Source of the DNA: Bacilli bacterium
GTDB lineage: Bacteria > Bacillota_I > Bacilli_A > RFN20 > CAG-826
Reading direction: 5' to 3'
Length of the DNA: 64,000 nt
Assembly: GCA_017445245.1 (NCBI GenBank)
Contig: JAFSUM010000023.1
Location: forward strand, 6,115 to 70,114
The notes under the pieces were generated by a model that saw nothing but the letters and a program-made list of their open reading frames with translations, was not told where the DNA came from and did not search any database. Both the position numbers and the translations under genes were made by a program. Below, piece after piece: positions 48,153 to 57,397 of the stretch; positions within the stretch are counted from its first letter, which is position 1, and each line of letters starts with the position of its first letter.

Positions 48153-49163
48153 ATGAAATACGCTAGCGAGTTTTTGACAAGAGGTCTCCTTCTTGAGACG
48201 AAATACCGCAAAAAAGATTTTTCTTATGGAAAAGGAAAATATTTGGAATTCGTCTTTTTGTGTGGAAAAGCGAGTCAACCGAATGACAACCGCGATCAAC
48301 TAACAAGAAAAATCATTGAGAAACAAACCTTCCGTTATTCCCTTTATTCTGAAAAAACGTTCCACGCTTTTACTTCTTCTGGTTTGGACTTGCTAACAGT
48401 TGAAGAGGTGCTCGCCGACATCAGTTCTAAGATTGTAATAATCGTTGAGAGTTATGGATCAGCGTGTGAATTGGGGGCGTTCTCCCTGCTGGATGACGGC
48501 CTATCAAAGTTGCTGGTCATTAACGATATTAAGCACAAAGGTGAAAATTCATTTATTGAACTGGGGCCGTTAACGAAAATACGGAGGAAGACCTTGGACA
48601 AAGGGGTGCTGTATGAGTCTTTTACAGGGGAGGATATTTGTTTTTCGCCTGGATTGGTTAATTCCATAGATGAGATTCGAAGGAGTGGATTCAAAAGGAA
48701 AATTTTCACTGAGGAACCAGAGGTCGAGCCAAGACAAATGGCAATAAATGATTTAGCTTGTCTAACTTGTCTTGTTTTTGAGTATGTGGTTCGGTTTGGT
48801 TATTTGCGAAAGAGCAATGTTCTAAATGCGGTAAACTGGCTGGCCCAAAACGTAAATGAGCTCCCTCTTGTTGCGCGCCTCTCCTCGAATAATATGCTAG
48901 ACGAATCCGAAACGCGGGAAGCAGTTTACGCAATACCTGTGATCTTGACTGAATTAGGCCTTTTTGCTACGGCTGATCATCGGGGAGAATCTTATTACCG
49001 CTTGGGCACGAGAATAAGCAATGATCATCCCGTTGATCTAAACAGGCTATCCGGTCTAATTTTTCATGGGATCTTTTCTCGTTCTACAGAGATTCGCAAA
49101 CTGACGAGCAAAATCCGAAATTGCGCTTGCAAAGAAGGTTTCCAGTTATGGGAAGAAGCTTGA
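48153..49163 (+). CDS. Retron effector, nucleoside 2-deoxyribosyltransferase-like (Ec73 / St85-RcaT-type)
   Basis: FVFLCGKA and IIVESYGSACELGAFS resemble the NDT-like Rossmann core. It lies between the ncRNA candidate and the RT and overlaps the RT start. The track's extension from 48018 runs through the structured RNA region. Confidence 0.55.
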   Translation: MKYASEFLTRGLLLETKYRKKDFSYGKGKYLEFVFLCGKASQPNDNRDQLTRKIIEKQTFRYSLYSEKTFHAFTSSGLDLLTVEEVLADISSKIVIIVESYGSACELGAFSLLDDGLSKLLVINDIKHKGENSFIELGPLTKIRRKTLDKGVLYESFTGEDICFSPGLVNSIDEIRRSGFKRKIFTEEPEVEPRQMAINDLACLTCLVFEYVVRFGYLRKSNVLNAVNWLAQNVNELPLVARLSSNNMLDESETREAVYAIPVILTELGLFATADHRGESYYRLGTRISNDHPVDLNRLSGLIFHGIFSRSTEIRKLTSKIRNCACKEGFQLWEEA

Positions 49164-50158
49164 TTGAAGTCGTCGCCTATTCGCTGTCTTTTTCGCCTCA
49201 ATTTGTGGCGGAATGTGCAGGCAGCTCCCCTTGGTCCCGCAGTTTTTATCGGCGCGTCTCGATCCCGAAAAAGAACAAACCAAATGAGAGACGAATCATC
49301 TATTTGCCATCGCCGGAAATTAAACTCATGCAGCATTTTCTCGTTGAAAGGTATATTTCTAAGTTGCCCGTCCACGGTTCCGCGACCGCTTATCGACGCG
49401 GGAGCAGTGTAGTGAAAAATGCTAAAGCGCATACTGGAAATAGTCATTTTCTCTTAATGGATATTGAGTCCTTTTTCGATTCAATTCAGCGGGGCAGGGT
49501 TAAACGCATGTTGTTGAACAATGGGGTTTTCGTTAATCCGGCGGATGCGGAAATGTTGATTTCGCTTTGCACATATGATGGCCATTTTGTCCAAGGCTGT
49601 GTTTCTTCACCCTCTGTTGCGAACGCTTATCTTTATGAATTCGACAATAAAATGGATATGCTAGCCCGCGGGCTTCCCAATGGGGTTTATACAAGATATT
49701 CAGACGATATTGTGCTTTCTTCGTCTGAACGAATCCCCGGGCAAATAGCCGCGGAAGTCGCGGCGGCCTTAGCAGAATTTGGGTTGCGAATAAATCACAA
49801 GAAAACGCATTTTATTAGCAACAGACAAAGAATTCATATTACCGGTATTCGACTCAAAGATAACAAAAAGCTTGGTCTCAACACTTTGTTTAAAAAAGAA
49901 CTAAAGAACGATGTTTATCAATTTTGGAAAAAGTGTTCTTTGAGCGGGGCCGACCTTAAAGATAAAAACCGTCTCTACGGCAAACTGGCTTACCTTAAAA
50001 TGGCGGATCCCTCCTACTATAACACCATAATAACAAAATACCGATTTGGATGTCGGACGCTGTTGGATTTCCTACATTGCTTGGTTTTAGAAAACGATCA
50101 CTTGATGCTTCCTCCAGACAAAAGGTTTACCGACTGTTCTTCAAACCGAATTGAATGA
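49148..50158 (+). CDS. Retron-type reverse transcriptase
   Basis: YRRVSIPKKNKPNERRIIYLPSPEIKLMQ, NAKAH (NAxxH), LLMDIESFFDSI, RYSDDIVLSS (YxDD) and RQRIHITGIRL (VTG-like) motifs. About 336 aa with no extra domain. Confidence 0.85.
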   Translation: MGRSLIEVVAYSLSFSPQFVAECAGSSPWSRSFYRRVSIPKKNKPNERRIIYLPSPEIKLMQHFLVERYISKLPVHGSATAYRRGSSVVKNAKAHTGNSHFLLMDIESFFDSIQRGRVKRMLLNNGVFVNPADAEMLISLCTYDGHFVQGCVSSPSVANAYLYEFDNKMDMLARGLPNGVYTRYSDDIVLSSSERIPGQIAAEVAAALAEFGLRINHKKTHFISNRQRIHITGIRLKDNKKLGLNTLFKKELKNDVYQFWKKCSLSGADLKDKNRLYGKLAYLKMADPSYYNTIITKYRFGCRTLLDFLHCLVLENDHLMLPPDKRFTDCSSNRIE

Positions 50159-50369
50159 GATACGCTCGATACACCATAGTCACCTATTGGCAGTGACAAA
50201 TGCTTGAAGGCCGTTTTTGATGCTCATTCCGTCGAAGAAAAGTGAGCATATGTTTTGTTTGGGAGGATTTTACAGTTCTATTTACGTTTCCATGCGTTAT
50301 TGCGCCCCATTTTCTAGCGGGTTTTCGAGTTCAAAAAGCGAAGATGGATTATAATGTTTATGGAAAAGT

Positions 50370-51212
50370 ATGTGGAAAAAGAAAAACGCCATCAAGGCAT
50401 TGAATTGGGCACTCGCAATCTCTTCGTTTGTTGGGGCGCTTTTGTCTTTTATCTTGCTCCCGCACGATTATTGGTGGGTTGGGTTAATAGTTTTTATCAC
50501 CGCCTTTATTGCCGCGTTTTTGTTGATTTACTTAGTACTGAGGTTTAAGAAGCGCCATAGGATTTCTGGTAGGGGATCGCTTCTTATCGAGTCCAGATAC
50601 GGTAACATTCTGAACATAAAAAGAGAAAGACGAAAAAAGTCGAAGCCGGTGATCGTGATCCCCGTTAACTCCTCTTTTGATACTATCGTCGAAGACAGTC
50701 CAAGTGTTGTGGATAGGATTGTTGAAGGGACATCAATTCATGGACAATGGCTCAAAAAATACGCATCGACACCTGAATTGCTAAAAAGAGTTGATTGCGA
50801 AATCAATCAGTTCCTGGTTGACAAGCACTGTTCTCCGATAAGCGTTTTAACGCATAAGAGGGGGAAACAAAACGTATATCCACTGGGGAGCCACGTCTTT
50901 ATCGAGAGGGATGATTATACGTTTTTACTATTCGCGTTAACCGAGTTCGATGAACACAACAAAGTAATCAAAAAGGACGCGGAAGAATTCACGCTTTTAA
51001 TGAAGAAGCTTATGGACATTACCGATGAATGTGCCGGTAAACACGTCTATATCCCTGTTATGGGTACAAAGATAGCCCTCTTCGGAATCGATGAGCTCTC
51101 ATCTTTCGAATATATCAAGAATGCCGCCTTGAATAAGAAATGCACTTTGAGAGCGTCCCTATCCATCGTTATTTACGAAGACTCAAGGGACAAAGTTTCA
51201 ATCTATGATTAG
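50370..51212 (+). CDS. thsA: Thoeris type II ThsA-like effector: two TM helices plus a Macro (ThsA_Macro) domain
   Basis: Two N-terminal TM helices, then VIVIPVNSSFDT..SIHGQW..YIPVMGTKIALFG, which matches the ThsA Macro pattern. Confidence 0.68.
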   Translation: MWKKKNAIKALNWALAISSFVGALLSFILLPHDYWWVGLIVFITAFIAAFLLIYLVLRFKKRHRISGRGSLLIESRYGNILNIKRERRKKSKPVIVIPVNSSFDTIVEDSPSVVDRIVEGTSIHGQWLKKYASTPELLKRVDCEINQFLVDKHCSPISVLTHKRGKQNVYPLGSHVFIERDDYTFLLFALTEFDEHNKVIKKDAEEFTLLMKKLMDITDECAGKHVYIPVMGTKIALFGIDELSSFEYIKNAALNKKCTLRASLSIVIYEDSRDKVSIYD

Positions 51213-51223
51213 AGGGTGCAACA

Positions 51224-51850
51224 ATGAGCCATAGAGTATTCATTAGTTTCAAAAAGGAAGACCTTTCTTACAAGAATAAGATAGTTGCGAAGTTAGAAGA
51301 AAAAGGCATACAAGTTAACCATCTCGACGAAGAAATTCGTTCGGAGGATATTGATTACGTGATGCAGCAAATCCGTGATAAATGGCAAGGGTCAACGACA
51401 GTCACCATATTTTTGATTGGCACGCATTCATCGGAAAACGAGGGCCTCGATTATTATGGCAGGAATCATCAGAGCTTTATCATACGTGAACTCAGGTCTG
51501 CTCTTTCTGATAGAGAGGGGAATCCTCGCGATGGAATTCTTGGAGTTATCTTACCGGAAATGGAACAGAAAGTTTTTGGTGGTTCGTATATATGTAAGCA
51601 CTGCCAACAAACTATCAGCATCGTCAGGATAGATGATTCAACAGTAATCCGAGAATTCTCCAAAAATTACTATCTAAGATCAGACGACTGCGGGCACTTT
51701 GAGGAGGATGGACGGTTTTGTGTCTTGTGCAGATATAATGAATTCATGCAAGATCCTGAAAAGTTTATCAACCAAGCATACGAAAAGCTTGGTAAACCAA
51801 TTGCTAAATACGTGACTTATAAGGGAATCAAGCACGAAGGCGATTATTGA
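51224..51850 (+). CDS. thsB: TIR-like (DUF1863/ThsB-type) protein
   Basis: HRVFISFKKEDLSYKNKIV start and a conserved Glu region FIIRELRSAL. It lies 11 nt downstream of the ThsA-like gene. Confidence 0.72.
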   Translation: MSHRVFISFKKEDLSYKNKIVAKLEEKGIQVNHLDEEIRSEDIDYVMQQIRDKWQGSTTVTIFLIGTHSSENEGLDYYGRNHQSFIIRELRSALSDREGNPRDGILGVILPEMEQKVFGGSYICKHCQQTISIVRIDDSTVIREFSKNYYLRSDDCGHFEEDGRFCVLCRYNEFMQDPEKFINQAYEKLGKPIAKYVTYKGIKHEGDY

Positions 51851-52183
51851 TTTGCAGTTGATTCGGGTTCAAAACAAAGACCAAGCCGTTTAGTGGCTAA
51901 TCGGTCTTCTTCAATTGTCTGGCGCGTATTTGGCGCCCTCTTAAACGAACTGATTGATTAAGTTTTGTAAGTCCTAGAGAGTATTCAACAGAAAACCCTT
52001 AGGATGGCGTTTGTGCGTCGGCGGGAGGTGGTGGTTATGATGTGGGCTTGGTGCTCTGGTAGCCTAATTGCGCTCTTCGCTCAGAAACAATGAAGAAATC
52101 CATCAGGGATGCCTTAGTTAAATTCCAACTCCAATTCGCACGGGACTGTCCAAAAGATTGTGTAAACCCTCAGTTGTTAGGGA

Positions 52184-52813
52184 TTAGAAAAACCTTTTGG
52201 CGAAAACTATCTTGCACTTAGCAACCCCCATACGCACGCCAACGAATACGAAATGGTATACAAGCGCCACAGGGATGCACATCGCCAGCGCAAGCAACAC
52301 GATAACCACCCCTACCCTTGCGCTTGAGGCAATGTCGAACAAGGGGACTATCGCATTCACGTATCCCGCAAAGAACGCATAATGGATAAACCATAGGGGC
52401 ATGGAAAGCCTGCCAAGCCAGATCAAAACGAAATCCAGCCAACGCGGCATGGCGCGTTCGTCGAACAAAGAAACGGTCAGGAATAGTAACGGCAGCAACG
52501 CAAACGGGCAAACAAGGCCTTTCCTAACGATCCCTAGCACCGCCAAACCGACGATGGAAAGAACGAGATAGAACCACCACTTGTCCAATTTCGCCTTGCT
52601 TAGCAGGGAACGCGCCTTCTCGAAGATGCCATATCTATAGAAAGCGACGCCACCCAATACGGAAATGAAATGGATGAGGAGCCCCCGTAACGAATCGTAT
52701 GCATCGTTTTTGTCTAGAACAGTCCAGACGACAACCGCAATCGTCAACGGCACGTACGCGATGAGCAGGCCGACGGACCAATGCGCCTTCCGCGAGAGTC
52801 TTTTGGGCGCCTC
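52184..52813 (-). pseudogene. N-terminally truncated acyltransferase_3-family (O-acyltransferase) membrane protein
   Basis: Only the C-terminal ~200 aa (5-6 TM helices, LGRLSMPLWFIHY) are in frame. An in-frame TAG lies at 52814-52816 and there is no ATG. The track's start at 52753 is GTG. Confidence 0.55.
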
Positions 52814-52940
52814 CTACGGGAAAAAGGCCGGATCTCGCCGGGAATCCGCCCGGTTCGATTCGGCTCATGCGGGTTTTCGTGATAATGACCTACACGTCAA
52901 TTCCTTTACATGACAATCGGGCAACTCGATAATTATCGAG

Positions 52941-54701
52941 ATGAAACTCGTAGAATTTTCCATTACAAACTATCGATCCATCTCGGGCAAGGTCACGTTA
53001 AAACTCAGCGACTATACAGTTTTAATTGGAAAGAACAATCAAGGGAAAACTAACATTCTCAAGGCCATACATCTGTACTTTTCCCTGTTGAGGAGCAGAA
53101 CATATCTAATCCCCTTTGGCCATCTTGCGGAATCCATGTTTTCCTGCGGTTTTTCTTTTGAACGTGATTACCCTAGAGCTGCAACACACAAGGATAAACA
53201 GGTCACACTATGCGCTTCCTTTTCGTTCAACGAAGATGACATCCGGGCGATTAAAACTAAAACAGGCATCAAAAGTGATGGCCGCCTCGTCCTAAAAGTA
53301 GACTTGCGCGAGGCCGATGGCAAAAAATCTGAGTTTGTTTGGGCCATTCTGCATCGGCGGCAAAAAAGCGCAGAAAGATACAGGAATAATATCATTCAAA
53401 TTTGCGATTACATTAATAGCGCTTTTTCCTTTGCATATGTCCCTGCTGTTAGAACGGAAAAAGACGTCGAAAACACCGTTCATAGTCTTATTTACGGCAA
53501 CATAAAAGAGAAGACAAACTCTGACGAGTACCTTTCTCTGCGTGATAAATTGCATCAATTGGAAGAAACGGCAGCAAATGAATATAACAAAGAATTGCTC
53601 GAAACCATGTGCGCTTATGCGCCTTCGTTGAAAGGCGTGCATATTAATATCAGCAGCCAAGAACTTCAATCCAACTTCGACCCTATTGTGACCATAGATG
53701 ACGGCGTCAATACAGAGCTTAGCCATAAAGGCAGCGGCCTTTCTTCGCTTTTGGTTATGGCGCTAACTAATTTCGGAAGAAGGAGCAGTTCACTAACAAT
53801 ATTCGAAGAACCCGAGTGTCATTTACACGCAGATGCCATTCATAAACTCAACATGAACCTGCGCGAGGCAAGCCGTTTTTCTCCTCTCATCATCTCCACT
53901 CATAATCCTAGTTTCGTTTGCTCAACGAATTTGGATGCCACTTACATCGTTAATAAGGGGATTCCAAGAACTCCCAAAAGCATAGATGAAGTTAGAAGGG
54001 AGCTTGGCTTAATCGGGGCTGATTCATTATTCTTCTGCGAGCAGGTTTTATTGGTTGAAGGTCCTACCGATGTGCGAATTCTTACGAAGGCGTTCTCTTT
54101 GTTCGCGCCAGCAATACATCAAAAACTATTAGAACGAAGTCTAGAGATTTTCGCATCCCACGGATCATCAAAGATCCCTTTTTATGCACAAGTATGCAAT
54201 CAATGGATTCGCGATTGCTATGTTTTGCTGGATCATGACGAGGCTGGGGTGGACGCTTACGAAGAGATCAAGAGAACTTTTGGCCCGAAGAAAGTAATGA
54301 TGCTGCCCGAGATACGGGCAGTCAAGGGGCCTGAAATTGAAAACTGTATTCCGCCTCGGATCGTCGTAAAGGTCCTCCAAGATTATGGATTGCCTGTTGG
54401 TGTCTCTGACGTTCTTTCCTCCAAATTGCGTTTTGCTCTTTTCCTGAAAGACCGGGCAAACAGGGCCGGCAAACCACTAAACGATGAAGACATTGACAAC
54501 ATCAAAGCGGCCATCGCTAAGGAATTTGAGGGCTGCACCATGGCCGATCTCGACCAAAACATACAGAAATACTGGCAAAACGTAATTGAAACAATCTCAT
54601 TAGGGTTTGGTTTGAGCAACCGTGACGAAAGCGATGATGACGACAGCTCTCCCAATGACTTGTTTGAACAAATTGCCATTTTTGATTTGGACGATTTTTA
54701 A
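52941..54701 (+). CDS. OLD-family ATP-dependent nuclease (ABC-type ATPase plus TOPRIM), solitary
   Basis: KLVEFSITNYRSI..IGKNNQGKTN Walker A, LTIFEEPECHLH Walker B, and TOPRIM motifs VLLVEGPTDVRIL and LLDHDEAG. Confidence 0.8.
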   Translation: MKLVEFSITNYRSISGKVTLKLSDYTVLIGKNNQGKTNILKAIHLYFSLLRSRTYLIPFGHLAESMFSCGFSFERDYPRAATHKDKQVTLCASFSFNEDDIRAIKTKTGIKSDGRLVLKVDLREADGKKSEFVWAILHRRQKSAERYRNNIIQICDYINSAFSFAYVPAVRTEKDVENTVHSLIYGNIKEKTNSDEYLSLRDKLHQLEETAANEYNKELLETMCAYAPSLKGVHINISSQELQSNFDPIVTIDDGVNTELSHKGSGLSSLLVMALTNFGRRSSSLTIFEEPECHLHADAIHKLNMNLREASRFSPLIISTHNPSFVCSTNLDATYIVNKGIPRTPKSIDEVRRELGLIGADSLFFCEQVLLVEGPTDVRILTKAFSLFAPAIHQKLLERSLEIFASHGSSKIPFYAQVCNQWIRDCYVLLDHDEAGVDAYEEIKRTFGPKKVMMLPEIRAVKGPEIENCIPPRIVVKVLQDYGLPVGVSDVLSSKLRFALFLKDRANRAGKPLNDEDIDNIKAAIAKEFEGCTMADLDQNIQKYWQNVIETISLGFGLSNRDESDDDDSSPNDLFEQIAIFDLDDF

Positions 54702-55064
54702 TTGCCGATCAAAGAGTGAAGAATCACCCAAACTTAATCCTGCCTAGAGCAGCTCTACAGGAAGCATCAAATATGTGCTTCAAAGCAAAAAGAGATAGCC
54801 CCAGTGAATATGACACGGCAGAAGAAATATAGATACCCGTTCACGAAGCTACGTCAGCGGATCTAGAGAAAAGACCTGATATTAAAGCACCTGGCAAGGA
54901 ACATATAGCAAAAAGGCAACGGTAGCCCCCTGCCCGTGAGAGGATATAGTCTAGTCGCTTAAGGACGTATACCCCGGTGTCGCATTCTGATGAAATCTTG
55001 TTCAAAACAAGAGCACTAAGCCCCTCGCGCCCAAATGTATGCGTGTGCTAATATCTTGAATAAT

Positions 55065-55970
55065 ATGAAAGGCATAATCCTCGCAGGCGGCTCAGGTTCC
55101 CGCCTCTATCCGATAACCTACGTAACCAGCAAACAGCTTTTGCCTATATACGACAAGCCGATGATCTACTATCCCCTCAGCACCCTGATGCTCGCGGGGA
55201 TTCGTGACATCCTGATCATCTCCACCCCGGAGGATACTCCGCGGTTCAAACAGTTATTAGGCGATGGTAGCGCGTTCGGCATCCATCTTTCCTACGCGGT
55301 CCAGCAGGTTCCCAACGGTTTGGCCCAGGCTTTCGTCGTCGGGGCCGAGTTCGCGAAGGGTGAGCCCTGTGCGTTGATACTAGGCGACAACATCTTCCAC
55401 GGCGCGGGTCTCACCGAACATCTGAAGCAGGCGGTACGCCGCGCGGAGAAAGAAGATACTGCCTCTATCTTTGGCTACTACGTTAAGGATCCCGAGCGCT
55501 TCGGCGTGGTCGAGCTGGACGAAAACGGCAAACCCGTCTCCATCGTCGAGAAATCGCCCTCCCCGAAATCGAATTATGCTGTTACGGGTCTTTACTTCTA
55601 TCCCAAGGACGTCATCGGGAAGGCGAAGGAAATAAGGCCCAGCGCCAGGGGGGAATACGAGATCACCGACCTCAACTGCGTGTACTTAAAGGAAGGCAGG
55701 CTAAACGTTACCACCCTTGGTCGCGGTTACTCCTGGCTCGATACCGGTACCCAGGAATCCCTCATCGACGCCTCAATGTACATCCGCATGCTGGAAGAGC
55801 ACCAGGGCATCAAAGTGTGCTGCCCCGAGGAAATCGCCTTCCTCAACGGCTGGATAAGTAAGGAGCGGCTGATCGAAGCCGGGCAGTCCATGGCCAAGAA
55901 CGAATACGGCCAGCACCTGCTTAACGTCGCAAGGGGCAAGATCCTCTATTCGAAGGAAGAGGGGGAATAG
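55065..55970 (+). CDS. rmlA: Glucose-1-phosphate thymidylyltransferase
   Basis: [18 protein letters not shown] start. The RmlA family is conserved throughout. Confidence 0.93.
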   Translation: MKGIILAGGSGSRLYPITYVTSKQLLPIYDKPMIYYPLSTLMLAGIRDILIISTPEDTPRFKQLLGDGSAFGIHLSYAVQQVPNGLAQAFVVGAEFAKGEPCALILGDNIFHGAGLTEHLKQAVRRAEKEDTASIFGYYVKDPERFGVVELDENGKPVSIVEKSPSPKSNYAVTGLYFYPKDVIGKAKEIRPSARGEYEITDLNCVYLKEGRLNVTTLGRGYSWLDTGTQESLIDASMYIRMLEEHQGIKVCCPEEIAFLNGWISKERLIEAGQSMAKNEYGQHLLNVARGKILYSKEEGE

Positions 55971-55974
55971 AAAG

Positions 55975-56520
55975 ATGCTTACCATGACCAAGACCGAAAT
56001 AGACGGCCTCGTCATCCTCGAACCCAAGGTATTCGGGGACGACCGTGGCTATTTCATGGAAACGTACAACAAGGGCGACTTCGAGAAGCTCGGCCTCCAT
56101 TATGATTTCGTCCAGGACAACCAGTCCAAATCAAGGAAAGGCGTCCTCAGGGGATTGCACTTCCAGGTCAATTATGCCCAGGCCAAGCTCGTCCGCGTAT
56201 TAGGGGGCGAGGTATATGACGTCGCCGTAGACCTCCGAAAAGGAAGCCCCACCCATGGCAAATGGGTTGGCGTCCGCCTTTCTGGCGAGAACAAGAAGAT
56301 GTTCATGATTCCGCGCGGCTTCGCACACGGTTTCCTCGTGCTAAGCGAAACCGCCGTGTTCGCCTATAAATGCGACAACCTATACCACCCCGAGGACGAA
56401 GGGGGCATCCGTTACGACGACCCCTCCATCGGCGTGCGATGGCCGGACGTAGGAGAAGTCCTTTTGTCCGACAAGGACAAGAACCGCCCGTTATTGGGGA
56501 ATGCGAGGATCGAACTCTGA
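55975..56520 (+). CDS. rmlC: dTDP-4-dehydrorhamnose 3,5-epimerase
   Basis: FGDDRGYFMETY, VLRGLHFQ and RGFAHGF motifs. Confidence 0.93.
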   Translation: MLTMTKTEIDGLVILEPKVFGDDRGYFMETYNKGDFEKLGLHYDFVQDNQSKSRKGVLRGLHFQVNYAQAKLVRVLGGEVYDVAVDLRKGSPTHGKWVGVRLSGENKKMFMIPRGFAHGFLVLSETAVFAYKCDNLYHPEDEGGIRYDDPSIGVRWPDVGEVLLSDKDKNRPLLGNARIEL

Positions 56521-56521
56521 T

Positions 56522-57397
56522 ATGCGCTTCCTCGTCACCGGCGTAAAAGGGCAATTAGGCTACGACGTGGTACGCGAACTGCGTAGCCGCGGCTTTAACG
56601 ACGTCATCGGCATCGACATCGAGGAACTCGACATCACCGACGAAAAGGCGGTGCATGCCTACGTTAATTCTTCTAAACCCGACGTCATCTTCCATAATGC
56701 CGCCTGGACGGCGGTCGACAAGGCCGAGGATAACAAGGAACTTGTCTATAAGGTAAACGCCTTGGGACCTAAATGCCTTTCCGAGGCCGCGAAGGAAGTC
56801 GGGGCGAAGATCGTCTACATCTCCACCGACTACGTCTTCCCCGGGGACGGGGAGAGGTTTTATGAACCAAACGACCCCGTAGGCCCCAAATCCACCTATG
56901 GCCTTACTAAATGGCAGGGAGAGGAATTCGTACGTGCCTATGAGAGGCACTTCATCGTACGCATCAGCTGGGTGTTCGGCATCAACGGGAACAACTTCGT
57001 GAAGACGATGCTCCGCCTTTCAAAAACCCATAAGGAACTAAACGTGGTTGACGACCAGATCGGTTCGCCTACCTATACCTTCGATTTGGCTAGGCTACTG
57101 GTCGACATGGCCCTTACCGACGAATTCGGCACCTACCACGCGACCAACGAGGGGATCTGCTCCTGGGCCGAATTCGCGAAGGAGATCTTCGCCATGTCGA
57201 AGAAGGACGTCATCGTCCATCCCGTAACCACCGAGGAATACAGGAAACTGAACCCCAACCAGACGGAGCGTCCCCTGAATTCGCGGATGAGCAAGGCCAA
57301 GTTGGACCAGCATGGTTTCAAGCGCCTCCCCGATTGGAAGGACGCACTTCGACGTTACCTAAGGGAACTGGAAGCAAAAGAGGAGGAACGTGCATGA
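56522..57397 (+). CDS. rmlD: dTDP-4-dehydrorhamnose reductase
   Basis: MRFLVTGVKGQLG start, STDYVF and the YGLTKWQGE (YxxxK) motif. Confidence 0.9.
   Translation: MRFLVTGVKGQLGYDVVRELRSRGFNDVIGIDIEELDITDEKAVHAYVNSSKPDVIFHNAAWTAVDKAEDNKELVYKVNALGPKCLSEAAKEVGAKIVYISTDYVFPGDGERFYEPNDPVGPKSTYGLTKWQGEEFVRAYERHFIVRISWVFGINGNNFVKTMLRLSKTHKELNVVDDQIGSPTYTFDLARLLVDMALTDEFGTYHATNEGICSWAEFAKEIFAMSKKDVIVHPVTTEEYRKLNPNQTERPLNSRMSKAKLDQHGFKRLPDWKDALRRYLRELEAKEEERA

Noticed and set aside
52941-54701. Gabija (GajA) or PARIS (AriA) assignment for the OLD-type ATPase/TOPRIM protein
   Set aside because: No UvrD-like GajB gene and no separate AriB gene are adjacent, and ATPase and TOPRIM are in one polypeptide. 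I called it only a solitary OLD-family nuclease.
54702-55064. 363-bp non-coding gap upstream of rmlA, examined for a riboswitch, ncRNA or att site
   Set aside because: The only feature is a short hairpin (TCTTGTT-CAAA-ACAAGA) without a T-run. I saw no conserved riboswitch motifs or repeats. It is most simply the cassette junction plus the rml promoter region.
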